DNA from: Bacteroidales bacterium
Lineage (GTDB): Bacteria > Bacteroidota > Bacteroidia > Bacteroidales > Prolixibacteraceae
DNA: 64,000 nt
Reading direction: 5' to 3'
Assembly (NCBI GenBank): GCA_012729335.1
Contig: JAAYDJ010000038.1
Location: 11,887 to 75,886 of the forward strand
The notes beneath the pieces were generated by a model that did not search any database, was not told the origin of the DNA, and was given only the letters and a program-made list of their open reading frames with translations. How positions within the stretch are numbered: the first letter of the stretch is position 1; each line of letters begins with the position of its first letter. A program made the translations under genes and the position numbers. Below are positions 20,007 to 29,102 of the stretch, piece after piece.

Positions 20007-20480
20007 TTATTGGAGTTCCACTTCCCGTTTGATGTATCCCGAGTAATCCTTGATCAATGGCTGGTAGTTCTCGTGGAAAAGCGATGAGGAGACGATATAG
20101 TCGGCTGTGGATCTGTTGGAAGCCGTGGGAATGTTGTAGAGCACAGCGATACGGAGCAGGGCCTTGACATCTACGTCGTGGGGCTGTGGCTGCATCGGGT
20201 CCCAGAAGAAAATCAGCATGTCGATCATTCCCTCTGCAATCTGGGCGCCTAGCTGCTGATCGCCGCCCAGGGGCCCCGATTTGAGACAGACCACTTCCGG
20301 GGGAACCATGTTGTACTCGGTACATTTCTGTACCAGGGTCTCCTCCACCAGCTTGCCCGTAGTGCCGGTGCATACCAGCCGGTGCGGCAGCAACTCCTGC
20401 CAGTTATAATTTACCCATTCGATAATATCTTTCTTACGGTTATCGTGCGATACGATACCAATCGTTTTTTTCTTTTTCAT
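20007..20480 (-). CDS. mgsA: Methylglyoxal synthase
   Basis: IGIVSHDNRKKD, LVCTGTTG, GPLGGDQQLGA and DPMQPQPHDVDVKALLR. 157 aa. Confidence 0.92.
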   Translation of the reverse strand: MKKKKTIGIVSHDNRKKDIIEWVNYNWQELLPHRLVCTGTTGKLVEETLVQKCTEYNMVPPEVVCLKSGPLGGDQQLGAQIAEGMIDMLIFFWDPMQPQPHDVDVKALLRIAVLYNIPTASNRSTADYIVSSSLFHENYQPLIKDYSGYIKREVELQ

Positions 20481-20578
20481 TTTCTGATGATTTTGTGCCC
20501 CGTCATGTCGACAGGTGATAGCCTCCGGACGGGGCCGTTGTTCTGTTTCTGTTCTGAAGGTTGTTTTCTTTAACGCTG

Positions 20579-20586
20579 CAAAGATA
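20579..20586 (-). promoter_or_regulatory. TAnnTTTG -7 promoter element upstream of mgsA (long leader)
   Basis: The minus strand reads tatctttg, 99 nt upstream of ATG 20480. The leader contains an 8-bp stem gccccgtc...gacggggc. Confidence 0.35.
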
Positions 20587-20591
20587 GGGTG

Positions 20592-20632
20592 AAATAAAAT
20601 CAGAAAGGCCGGTTATGGTGGACCGGCCTTTC
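20592..20632 (-). terminator. Rho-independent terminator after fldA
   Basis: Perfect 10-bp stem gaaaggccgg / ccggcctttc with a 10-nt loop, followed on the minus strand by tgattttattt. Confidence 0.75.
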
Positions 20633-20652
20633 AATGAATACGAAAAATTAAT

Positions 20653-21156
20653 CTACATGGAGGTTTTTAACGTTTCCAGCCATTTCTTTATACGCCCTTC
20701 GGTGAGCCTTCCCTGGTTCTCCTGGTCGAGGATAAGTCCCAGGAAGTGACCGTTTTCCACAGCCCTGGAGGATTCGTAGGTGTAGCCCTCGGTGGAGGTC
20801 TCCCCCACTATCACGGCTCCCCTGCTCCTGAGCAGCCGCGCCATCAGCCCTACGGCATCCCCGAAATTCTCAGGGTATCCGACCTGGTCGGCCAACCCGT
20901 AGATGGCTACCTTTTTCCCGGTCAGGTCCAGCTCTTCCAGAGCGGGCACAAACTCATCCCAGTAATTGGGCAGTTCGCCGTCGAACCACGTGGGAACCCC
21001 CAGGATCAGCCGCTCATACTGCATGAACTGCTCCTCGGTAACCGTTTCCGCATTGAGGGACGCGGAGGCCCCTTCACCGAGCATCTCAGCGATCATCTCG
21101 CCTATCTTTTTGGTTTTATGTGAGTTAAAACTGTAAAACAATCCGATCTTTGACAT
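20653..21156 (-). CDS. fldA: Flavodoxin (long-chain)
   Basis: 167 aa. N-terminal KIGLFYSFNSHKTKKIG phosphate-binding-type loop. VPTWFDGELPNYWDEF is equivalent to the FMN-binding loop region of FldA. Confidence 0.85.
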   Translation of the reverse strand: MSKIGLFYSFNSHKTKKIGEMIAEMLGEGASASLNAETVTEEQFMQYERLILGVPTWFDGELPNYWDEFVPALEELDLTGKKVAIYGLADQVGYPENFGDAVGLMARLLRSRGAVIVGETSTEGYTYESSRAVENGHFLGLILDQENQGRLTEGRIKKWLETLKTSM

Positions 21157-21183
21157 TTTTATGTGGATTAAAAGGTTATGGGA

Positions 21184-23232
21184 CTAATAGATTAATAGTT
21201 CTTTTGCTGCGGCATAAATCTTGTCGGTATTGGGCAGAATAGCTTTCTCCAGTTCCCTGTGGAAGCCCACGGGGGTAAAGGTGGAGCCCACCCTGCGTAC
21301 CGGGGCGTCGAGCCATTCAAAGGCCTCTTCCATCAGTATGGAAGCCACCTCCCCGCCGAACCCGCCATGAACCTTGTCCTCATGGACCACCAGCACCCGG
21401 TTGGTTTTCTTCACCGAAGCGATGAGCGTCTCCTTGTCAAGAGGCACCAGCGACCGCAGGTCGATCACCTCTACACTGAATCCTTCCCCGGCCAGTTGCT
21501 CTGCCGCATCCAGCGACATGTGGGTGGTATTTCCGTAGGTGATCAGAGTAAGATCGCTTCCTTCCCTCCTGATGCGTGCCTTTCCAAAGGGGACCTCAAA
21601 ATCATCGGGAATCACGGTGGCTGCCCGCGGATCCTGATACAATGCCTTGGGCTCCATGAACATGGTCATGCCCCGCGACCGCATGGCCGTACGAAGCAGT
21701 CCCGCTGCATCATCGGCAAATGAGGGGTAGACAATACGCACCCCCGGAATCGATGCCAGCGACCCCTCGATGTTCTGCGAATGGTAAAGTCCCCCGCCAA
21801 TGTACCCCCCTGACGCCAGACGGATGGTCACATTGGGCGTGAACTTCCCGTTGGAACGCCAGTAATCATGACTCGAATCCACATACTGCTCCATGGCTGG
21901 CCAGAAATAGTCGGCAAACTCGGCACCCTCAATGACAATCCTGATCTTCTCACTGTATCGCGACATCCCGTTGGCGGTGCCCACGATGAAATCCTCGGCA
22001 ATCGGCGCATTGAACACCCGCTTCTTGCCAAACTCCTTCTGCAACCCTTTCGAGACATTGAAAACACCCCCCTTCTCCTTGTTGGCCATGTCCTGCCCCC
22101 AAATGAATGTGTCGGGATTGTGACGGAATTCAGCCTTCAAAGTCTCATTCAGAGCCGTGATCAGCTTTTTCTTCTCCCCGCTTTCCTGATGGGTTCCGTC
22201 GGGATACTTCTCAGGCTGATGGGGTTCGGGTACCACGAAATCGTGGATGGTGGCCGGATCAGGATCCGGAGCCTTCATGGCCGCCTTGTGGGCCTGCTTG
22301 ATCTCCAGAGCCGCCGCGTCGTCCATCTCCCTGATCTCCTCCTCCGTAAACCGGTTGTAACGGATCAACAGCCGCCGGAACTTGGCAAAGGGATCATACT
22401 CCTGCACATAGTTCCGTTCATTCTCATTCCGGTATAGCTCATGTTTATCAGAATTGCTGTGAGAATGGATACGCACGCAATTGGCCTGTACAATCACCGG
22501 ATGCCCTTCCTCCAGAGCCACCCTCCTGGCTTCTGCCATGGCATTCATCGAATCAAAAACATCCTTGCCGTTACAATGGATAATGGACAGGTTCTTGAAA
22601 CCCGAAAAATTGTTGGCCACCTTCCGGTTGGCGGTCTGGTCCTTCTTGGGTACCGAAATCCCATACCCGTTGTCCTGAAATACGAAAATCACCGGCAGCT
22701 TCTCCCGCGTGGCCCCGTTGATGGCCTCGTACACATACCCTTCACTCACCGACGATTCCCCCTGGCTGCTGATGGATACCGCCTTCTCACCATAATACTT
22801 GATGGCTCGTGCCACCCCAACGGCATGAAGCGTGTGGTTCCCGGTCAGGGAGGACACATTGTGAATGTTCCACTCGGGCTTCGAAAAGTGGTTCGACATA
22901 TGCCGCCCCCCCGTGCCCGGATCCGTGGCCTTCGAGATCCCGTTCAGAATCAGCTCCTCAGCCGTCATCCCCGCCGATAGGGCACTCAGCATATCACGGT
23001 AATACAAAAACAAATGGTCTTTGCTCTTCTCGAAAGACTGGCCAATGGCCAGCTGAATCCCGTCATGACCGGCATAGGGCCCATGGTACGACCAGCCAAT
23101 GGCCTGCTTCAGATAATTGGGCGCCTTCTCATCTATGGTCCTGCCCACCGCCATCAACCGGTACCAGTGCGCAAGCGTCTCCTTGGGGGTCTTCTTGATC
23201 GAATAAATCTCGGGTATTTCTGTATTTTTCAT
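21184..23232 (-). CDS. 2-oxoacid dehydrogenase E1 component, fused alpha/beta subunits
   Basis: The N-terminal half has the TPP-binding E1-alpha pattern (SQGESSVSEGYVYEAINGATREKLPVIFVFQDNGYGISVP). The C-terminal half has the E1-beta transketolase-like pattern. It lies directly downstream of the E2 gene. Confidence 0.85.
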   Translation of the reverse strand: MKNTEIPEIYSIKKTPKETLAHWYRLMAVGRTIDEKAPNYLKQAIGWSYHGPYAGHDGIQLAIGQSFEKSKDHLFLYYRDMLSALSAGMTAEELILNGISKATDPGTGGRHMSNHFSKPEWNIHNVSSLTGNHTLHAVGVARAIKYYGEKAVSISSQGESSVSEGYVYEAINGATREKLPVIFVFQDNGYGISVPKKDQTANRKVANNFSGFKNLSIIHCNGKDVFDSMNAMAEARRVALEEGHPVIVQANCVRIHSHSNSDKHELYRNENERNYVQEYDPFAKFRRLLIRYNRFTEEEIREMDDAAALEIKQAHKAAMKAPDPDPATIHDFVVPEPHQPEKYPDGTHQESGEKKKLITALNETLKAEFRHNPDTFIWGQDMANKEKGGVFNVSKGLQKEFGKKRVFNAPIAEDFIVGTANGMSRYSEKIRIVIEGAEFADYFWPAMEQYVDSSHDYWRSNGKFTPNVTIRLASGGYIGGGLYHSQNIEGSLASIPGVRIVYPSFADDAAGLLRTAMRSRGMTMFMEPKALYQDPRAATVIPDDFEVPFGKARIRREGSDLTLITYGNTTHMSLDAAEQLAGEGFSVEVIDLRSLVPLDKETLIASVKKTNRVLVVHEDKVHGGFGGEVASILMEEAFEWLDAPVRRVGSTFTPVGFHRELEKAILPNTDKIYAAAKELLIY

Positions 23233-23307
23233 TGTGTTAATTTCTCTTGCTTCCCTTTACGGAAATTTTTACTTGTTGGACTGTTTCACGCTTAAAGTTG
23301 TTCCTCA

Positions 23308-24753
23308 TTACACGGGACGGTTGATATCGAACGCCTCAAGAAGGTCGGCGATCCTCCGCAGGAAGGCTCCCCCCAGGGCGCCGTCTACAATGCGATGATC
23401 ATACGACAGGCTCAAAAACATCTTGTGCCTGATGGCAATCACGTCTCCCTCAGGAAGTTCCAGCACCGCAGGCTTCTTTTCAATGCTTCCTGTGGCCAGT
23501 ATGGCTACCTGCGGCTGGTTAATGATAGGAGTTCCGATCAAATTCCGGAAGGATCCGAAGTTAGTTATGCTAAATGAGCCTCCCTGGATGTCGTCGGGTG
23601 AAAGCTTGTTCTTGCGGGCGGCATCGGCCAGCGTGTTGAGACTCTTGGTGAGCCCCACCAGGTTTTTCTCCTCCGCATTCCGGATAACCGGTACGATCAG
23701 GTTGCCGTCGGGTTTGGCCACCGCTATACCTATATTAATATGTTTGCGCAGGATGATCCGGTTGCCGTCAACTGAAGCGTTGACCATGGGAAACTCCGTC
23801 AGGGCCCTGGCGGTGGCCTCTATAAAGGCCGGCATGTAGGTGAGCTTCTCACCGTACCTGGACTGGAACTGCTCCTTGACCTTATTCCGCCAGAGCACCA
23901 AGGAGGTTACATCGGCTTCTACCACCGAAGTGACATGAGGCGATACCTGCTTCGACATGACCATGTGGTCGGCGATCAGCTTGCGCACCCGGTCCATTTC
24001 AATGATCTGATCCTCAGCACCTATGGATACTGATACCTTGGGTTTGGCAGCGCCCTGCACCGCACCATCTCCGGCTTCCGGCGCCACTGCCGCAGCTTTC
24101 TCCGGGGTGGTAGCAGCCGTGGCAGCAGATGCCGTTACAGCGGATGCCGGGGCATCTTCCCTGCGAAGTACCGCTCCTTCTGCACCAGCCTGTGGCCGGT
24201 CACTCCCTGCACCTGCTGTCGTTCGGCCGGAGAGGAATGCCAGAAGATCACGCTTCTGCACCCTGCCCCCAACGCCACTCCCCTGGATACTCTCCAGCTC
24301 TCGTAGCGTAACCTTCTCTTCTTCTGCTATTTTACGCACCAGAGGAGAATAAAAACGGTTGCTCAGCTCACGAAGCGAACCCGAAGTCACCGTCTCCTCC
24401 ACAGCAAATGCCTCCGTGCCCTGACCACCGTCAGCCACATGAGCCTCCACTCCGGAAGCAGCCAACTCAGACTTCCCTTCCACATCTCCCGATGCATCTT
24501 CTTCCTCGTCATCTGTCATGCGAATTAACGCAATGACCTCTCCTACAGGCAGAAGAGTGCTTTCAGGATACAGAATCTTCACTACCGTACCCTCCACAGG
24601 AGAGGGTATCTCGGAATCTACCTTATCGGTCGCCACCTCCAGAAGGAGATCATCTTCCACTATCTTATCCCCCTCCTTAATAAACCATTTCGTGATCGTG
24701 GCTTCCTGAATGCTTTCGCCCAATTTGGGCATGATTACTTTAAACTCAGCCAT
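23308..24753 (-). CDS. Dihydrolipoamide acyltransferase (E2) of a 2-oxoacid dehydrogenase complex
   Basis: Lipoyl domain with VATDKVDSEIPSP, a peripheral subunit-binding segment (SPLVRKIAEEEKVTL), a long Ala-rich linker, and the catalytic motif SYDHRIVDGA. Confidence 0.9.
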   Translation of the reverse strand: MAEFKVIMPKLGESIQEATITKWFIKEGDKIVEDDLLLEVATDKVDSEIPSPVEGTVVKILYPESTLLPVGEVIALIRMTDDEEEDASGDVEGKSELAASGVEAHVADGGQGTEAFAVEETVTSGSLRELSNRFYSPLVRKIAEEEKVTLRELESIQGSGVGGRVQKRDLLAFLSGRTTAGAGSDRPQAGAEGAVLRREDAPASAVTASAATAATTPEKAAAVAPEAGDGAVQGAAKPKVSVSIGAEDQIIEMDRVRKLIADHMVMSKQVSPHVTSVVEADVTSLVLWRNKVKEQFQSRYGEKLTYMPAFIEATARALTEFPMVNASVDGNRIILRKHINIGIAVAKPDGNLIVPVIRNAEEKNLVGLTKSLNTLADAARKNKLSPDDIQGGSFSITNFGSFRNLIGTPIINQPQVAILATGSIEKKPAVLELPEGDVIAIRHKMFLSLSYDHRIVDGALGGAFLRRIADLLEAFDINRPV

Positions 24754-24980
24754 TACTCCAATCAATTAATTTTGCAATATTCACTTGTAGAAACAAAGCA
24801 GAAATTGAAATGTTCACATTGCAAATGTTTTTTTTCGGTTGCCCTTCCTGCAAACCGCGCAACCTCCCCCAAGCGTTCCTTATCCCCAGGACTCTTCACT
24901 CCCAGTGAGAGGTGTGGTGAGTATGTCGTATGATCACATATGTAAATCCATGCGGATTACATATCTACATTGATGGTGTG

Positions 24981-25892
24981 TTACATTTGTAATTTTCCGG
25001 TGAGTTCCCGGACAGAGGAGAAGTGGTGTTTTTCGAGGTAGTTTTGGATACCCGCGGTAATTTTAAGAGGGGCGAAGGGGTCTTTGAAGAGGGCTGTGCC
25101 CACCTGGAGGGCCGAAGCGCCGGCCAGAAGGAACTCCACGGCATCGGTGGCATCCATAATACCCCCCAGACCGATCACGGGTATCCTGACGGCCTGGTAG
25201 ACCTGCCAGACCATTCTGAGGGCAATGGGTTTGATGGCCGGACCGCTGAGACCGCCTGTGACGGTGGAAAGCCGCGGGCGACGATGCTCCGCATCGATGG
25301 CCATGCCCAGAAAGGTGTTCACCAAAGATACGGCATCGGCCCCTTCGGCTTCAACAGCCCTGGCAATCTCCGTGATGTCGGTGACATTGGGGGAAAGCTT
25401 AACGATCAGTGTTTTGGGATAAGCCTTACGCACTTCGCGGGTGACCGCGGCCGCACCCGGACAGCTGACTCCGAAGGCCATGCCGCCCTCCTTGACATTC
25501 GGACAGGAGATATTGAGTTCCATGGCGGCAATCCGGTCCAGACCTGCAATCTTCTCTGTGACTTCGACATATTCTTCCACTGTCGACCCGTTCACATTCA
25601 CAATCAGCGCCGTATCGTAATCCTTGATACGGGGATAGATCTCCCCGATAAAATAATCCACTCCCTTGTTTTGCAATCCCACCGCATTCAGCATCCCTGA
25701 GGCGGTTTCGGCCATTCGCGGATAAGGGTTGCCATCGCGGTGGCGGGGGGTGATCCCTTTCAGTAACAAGGCTCCCAGCAGCGAGGGGTCGTAGAAATCT
25801 GCCAGCTCCGTCCCAAAACCCGAACAACCGGAAGCGGTCATGACCGGATTCTTCAGGTGCAATCCTTTTATGTCGACAGCGAGATTTACCAT
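24981..25892 (-). CDS. pyrD: Dihydroorotate dehydrogenase, class 1B catalytic subunit
   Basis: [23 protein letters not shown] and [16 protein letters not shown]. The ATG overlaps the pyrK stop (ATGGTAA). Confidence 0.92.
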   Translation of the reverse strand: MVNLAVDIKGLHLKNPVMTASGCSGFGTELADFYDPSLLGALLLKGITPRHRDGNPYPRMAETASGMLNAVGLQNKGVDYFIGEIYPRIKDYDTALIVNVNGSTVEEYVEVTEKIAGLDRIAAMELNISCPNVKEGGMAFGVSCPGAAAVTREVRKAYPKTLIVKLSPNVTDITEIARAVEAEGADAVSLVNTFLGMAIDAEHRRPRLSTVTGGLSGPAIKPIALRMVWQVYQAVRIPVIGLGGIMDATDAVEFLLAGASALQVGTALFKDPFAPLKITAGIQNYLEKHHFSSVRELTGKLQM

Positions 25893-26656
25893 TTCAGATC
25901 GTTTATATTGAAGACGGGACCTTCGGTGCAAACACACAGATTTCCATGAACTGTTGGTTCAATACAGCACAGGCAAACGCCAAATCCACAAGCCATTAAG
26001 TTTTCAAGAGATACTTCACAGAAGCGTCCTGCCGCGGTGGCACGGGCAGCCACTGCCTTCATCATGGGCAGCGGTCCGCAGGTGTATACCCGCGAGAACT
26101 CCTCCAGGCGGTCGAAAAGGGGATGATCGGTCACCATTCCCCTGGTGCCCAGGGAACCATCCTCGGTGGTGCAGGAAAGGGTGGCATAGCGGGAATACGC
26201 TTCCGTGGGAATATGATCGCCGGCACTTCTGGCTCCCAGGATCACCTGCATCCTTCCTGGTGGGAGTCCGGCCCTGCGGGCCAGAAACAACAGGGGGGCC
26301 ACACCGCTGCCTCCGCCGACCGCCAGCACCCGCTCCTCACTTCCCGGCAGCGTGTATCCCCGCCCAAGGGGGTAGACCACACTTACCTTCTGACCAGGTT
26401 GCACCCCGCACAACGTCCGCGATCCACGCCCCAAAACCTTCACCAGCAGCGACAACTCCCCACGCTCCGGATCGGCATCGAAAACCGAAAAGGGACGCCG
26501 CAGGAAGACCTCACTGCTCCCCGGAATCTCCACATTCACGAACTGCCCCGGGGCCACCGCCAACAGGGACTCCTCCGCCCGCATCCGCAGCAAATGGTTG
26601 CTCTCATTGAGCGCAAGGTTACTCACCACGGTAAAATCCAGGACCACTTTTTGCAT
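25886..26656 (-). CDS. pyrK: Dihydroorotate dehydrogenase electron transfer subunit
   Basis: FAD-binding RRPFSV, NAD-type GGGSGVAPL, and the C-terminal 2Fe-2S cluster CGFGVCLCC...C. Start chosen at MQKVV (ATG 26656). Confidence 0.9.
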   Translation of the reverse strand: MQKVVLDFTVVSNLALNESNHLLRMRAEESLLAVAPGQFVNVEIPGSSEVFLRRPFSVFDADPERGELSLLVKVLGRGSRTLCGVQPGQKVSVVYPLGRGYTLPGSEERVLAVGGGSGVAPLLFLARRAGLPPGRMQVILGARSAGDHIPTEAYSRYATLSCTTEDGSLGTRGMVTDHPLFDRLEEFSRVYTCGPLPMMKAVAARATAAGRFCEVSLENLMACGFGVCLCCIEPTVHGNLCVCTEGPVFNINDLKW

Positions 26657-26734
26657 AGACCGCTGTTTTGGCGTAAAGATAGTCAAGTTTTGGAATCCCG
26701 CTACCACAGCCTCCCTGGATGGCTTACCACCCGA

Positions 26735-27283
26735 TTACCGCGGGAAATACTCCGTGAAGGTGCGGTCTGAATGGAAAATAATGATCTTCTGTGCTGTGCC
26801 GGCAGGATCCGGGGGAGGTAATACCGGAGTACCAGGGGATTCCCCGGGAAGTTTTTGGGACTCAGCGAAAGGTAATCCGGGCTCAGCAGGGGGAATATGC
26901 AAACCGGATGGGGGAATAATGGAACCTGCAGGAGGCACCCGGGGATGCACGGACGGAATACCGGTATCTACAGGAGGCACAAGGGATTTCACGGGTGGAA
27001 CAGCAGGTTCGACGGGAGGCAGACCGCGGTGTGCGGAAGTTTCCCTGGTGTCGGAGAAACCGGCCGGTTGCTGCCTTAAAAGCATGGCCCCACGGCCTGT
27101 CAACAGCCAGTTGGCATCCAGGTCCGGGAAAGCGTCCAGGAGCTTCTCCAGAAACTGGGCCCCGGGGTTGTTCCGCCCATTCAGAATATGGGACACGTTA
27201 GACCGTTGCACACCGATCCGGTCAGCCAGATCGGCCGACGTTAACTTCTTGAATACCATGAACTCCTTTAACCGTTCCTTCAT
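26735..27283 (-). CDS. XRE-type helix-turn-helix protein with proline-rich repetitive tail
   Basis: LTSADLADRIGVQRSNVSHILNGRNNPGAQFLEKLL forms the HTH. The C-terminal 90 aa are degenerate P-rich repeats (PPVEPAVPPVKSLVPPVDTGIPSVHPRVPPAG...). Confidence 0.75.
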   Translation of the reverse strand: MKERLKEFMVFKKLTSADLADRIGVQRSNVSHILNGRNNPGAQFLEKLLDAFPDLDANWLLTGRGAMLLRQQPAGFSDTRETSAHRGLPPVEPAVPPVKSLVPPVDTGIPSVHPRVPPAGSIIPPSGLHIPPAEPGLPFAESQKLPGESPGTPVLPPPDPAGTAQKIIIFHSDRTFTEYFPR

Positions 27284-27313
27284 GTTGCAAGGCCATTTTA
27301 TCTCAGCCGGTAA

Positions 27314-27321
27314 CAAATGTA
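27314..27321 (-). promoter_or_regulatory. TAnnTTTG -7 promoter element upstream of the HTH gene
   Basis: The minus strand reads tacatttg, 31 nt upstream of ATG 27283. Confidence 0.45.
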
Positions 27322-27370
27322 TCACTTTCTCCCGAGATCCCCAAATGACTGTGATCCTCCGCTCACTTAC

Positions 27371-27640
27371 CTTTATATTATTTTAAATGCTGTAATACAA
27401 TTATATAAGAAACTTAATTAGATGTAATTTTAATGTTTAATTAAAATAATATATAATACTGGATTACAGCTATATAATATATCGTTAACAAGGAAAATTT
27501 ACTTAAACTACCCCGATTTATACGTTAAATATTAATGTATAAATTTATTTAAAATTATTTATATTGCTGATTATGTGAACGATATATATATCTATTAACT
27601 CCTTGGAACACTTCGTATAAAAAATCACTTTAGTAAACAG
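27371..27640. other. Extremely AT-rich non-coding island
   Basis: Hand count gives 33 G/C in the 180 nt from 27421 to 27600 (about 18% GC), inside an otherwise GC-rich window. No ORF, no regular repeat and no DnaA-box consensus were seen. Confidence 0.8.
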
Positions 27641-27838
27641 GTCCTGGCCGTATTTGTCGTCGTGCAGGTTTTATATGTGTATTACCCGGATGCCGCATGG
27701 TGTATATATGTAACTTTAACGTCTTTTATGCCATGTTATAAATGTAAATCGGGCGTCCCCCTCCCCTCCCCTTTGACCCTGTTTCTTTTTTCACGATATT
27801 TGCTTCTGACGGTCCGCTCTCAGGCCGCTACAGGTGTT

Positions 27839-29038
27839 ATGAAAACGCTCTCCACTGACATGGTCATGGTTTTGCTGATCGCAAACGGGCTCCTGACCCT
27901 CGGGGCCTGGATAGGTTGGAAGCCGCTGTGGTCAGGACGCTCCCCTGCACTTCGCAGGTGGTGGGCTGCGCTTTGTTGGGTGGAAGTGAGCCTTATGAGT
28001 ATGGGGATCCTCTGGTTGTACCTCTGGCAGCCCCATCTTCCGGCCCCATGGCTCTACCGGTTTTATTTCCTCTTTAATGGAATTCTGATGGCTGGCATGA
28101 GCTGTAAATTGCCCGCCATGGGTGCTCTGTTGCTGATGCCTCTCTTCCGGAAGAAACCTGTGCAGAAGAGACTGGCAACCATGTCCCTGATCCTGTCAGC
28201 GGGAGTGCTGGGGGTCTTTCTGTGGGGAGCGGGCCCCGGGGCAGCGATTCCCCTCACCCGGGAAATCACCCTCTTCCACGAAACCCTGCCTCCTGCCTTT
28301 GACGGCTTTCGTATAGTCCAGGTCGCCGATCTGCACCTGGGCAGTTACCATGCTCCCTCCGTGGTGCAGCGCATGGCCCGCCGTGCGATCCGTTTTGACC
28401 CCGATGCCGTGGTTCTCACCGGGGACCTCGTCAATGAACACTCCCCCCCAAAAACAGCCGCCCTCCTCCGTCTTTTTCACGGCAGGGATGCCTCTCTGGC
28501 CATTAGCGGCAACCACGATTACGGCGATTATACCGAATGGCCCTCCGCCGAAGCACGAAACGCCAACCTCCAAATAATCAGAAAAGCCTTTTCCGACGGG
28601 GGATTTCTATTGCTTGAGAACGACCACCTACTCCTTGTTCGCGGCCCCGATACCCTGGCATTTGCAGGTGTGGGCAACTACGGGGAAGCCCCCTTGCCCC
28701 GGCACGATGACCTGGAAAAAGCCACACGGGGTCTCCCCCCTGCAGTTTTCACCATTCTGCTGAGCCATGACCCCCAGCACTGGGAGAAAGAGATCCGCCA
28801 CGATCCCCGCTTTCCCCTGACCCTGGCGGGTCACACCCACGGCCTCCAATGGGGTGTCACCCTGGCCGGCATCCCCTTTAGCATGGCCTCTGGGGTCAGA
28901 AAACAGTGGGCCGGATTGTACAGGGAGGAAAACCGTTACCTTTACGTGAACCGGGGAACCGGGGTCATCGGCATGCCCTTCCGGATCGATATGCCCCCGG
29001 AACTCACCCTGATCACCCTGCGCAGGCCAGCCCCCTGA
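27839..29038 (+). CDS. Membrane-anchored metallophosphoesterase
   Basis: N-terminal half has about 5 TM helices. C-terminal calcineurin-like motifs are VQVADLHLG, TGDLV, GNHD and GHTHG. Start chosen at MKTLS (ATG 27839). Confidence 0.8.
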   Translation: MKTLSTDMVMVLLIANGLLTLGAWIGWKPLWSGRSPALRRWWAALCWVEVSLMSMGILWLYLWQPHLPAPWLYRFYFLFNGILMAGMSCKLPAMGALLLMPLFRKKPVQKRLATMSLILSAGVLGVFLWGAGPGAAIPLTREITLFHETLPPAFDGFRIVQVADLHLGSYHAPSVVQRMARRAIRFDPDAVVLTGDLVNEHSPPKTAALLRLFHGRDASLAISGNHDYGDYTEWPSAEARNANLQIIRKAFSDGGFLLLENDHLLLVRGPDTLAFAGVGNYGEAPLPRHDDLEKATRGLPPAVFTILLSHDPQHWEKEIRHDPRFPLTLAGHTHGLQWGVTLAGIPFSMASGVRKQWAGLYREENRYLYVNRGTGVIGMPFRIDMPPELTLITLRRPAP

Positions 29039-29102
29039 TAGGTCAGAATGAGGTGAGATCACCCTGCGCAGGCCAGCCCCCTGATGGGTCAGAATGAGGT
29101 GA
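29011..29102. repeat. 46-bp perfect-type tandem duplication (2 copies, 1 mismatch) across a convergent gene junction
   Basis: gatcaccctgcgcaggccagccccctgat(a/g)ggtcagaatgaggtga occurs at 29011-29056 and 29057-29102. Each copy contains both the plus-gene stop (tga) and the minus-gene stop (tca). Confidence 0.9.

Noticed and set aside
27371-27640. The AT-rich island as a CRISPR leader/array or as oriC.
   Set aside because: No direct repeats with regular spacing and no cas genes are present, so it is not CRISPR. I found no TTATCCACA-like DnaA boxes and no dnaA/dnaN nearby, so an origin call is unsupported. It is kept only as an unexplained AT-rich element.
26735-29038. The XRE HTH protein plus neighbouring genes as a toxin-antitoxin or phage-derived module.
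   Set aside because: No small toxin-like ORF is adjacent. The divergent neighbour is a multi-TM metallophosphoesterase about 550 nt away. No integrase, repeats or phage genes are present.
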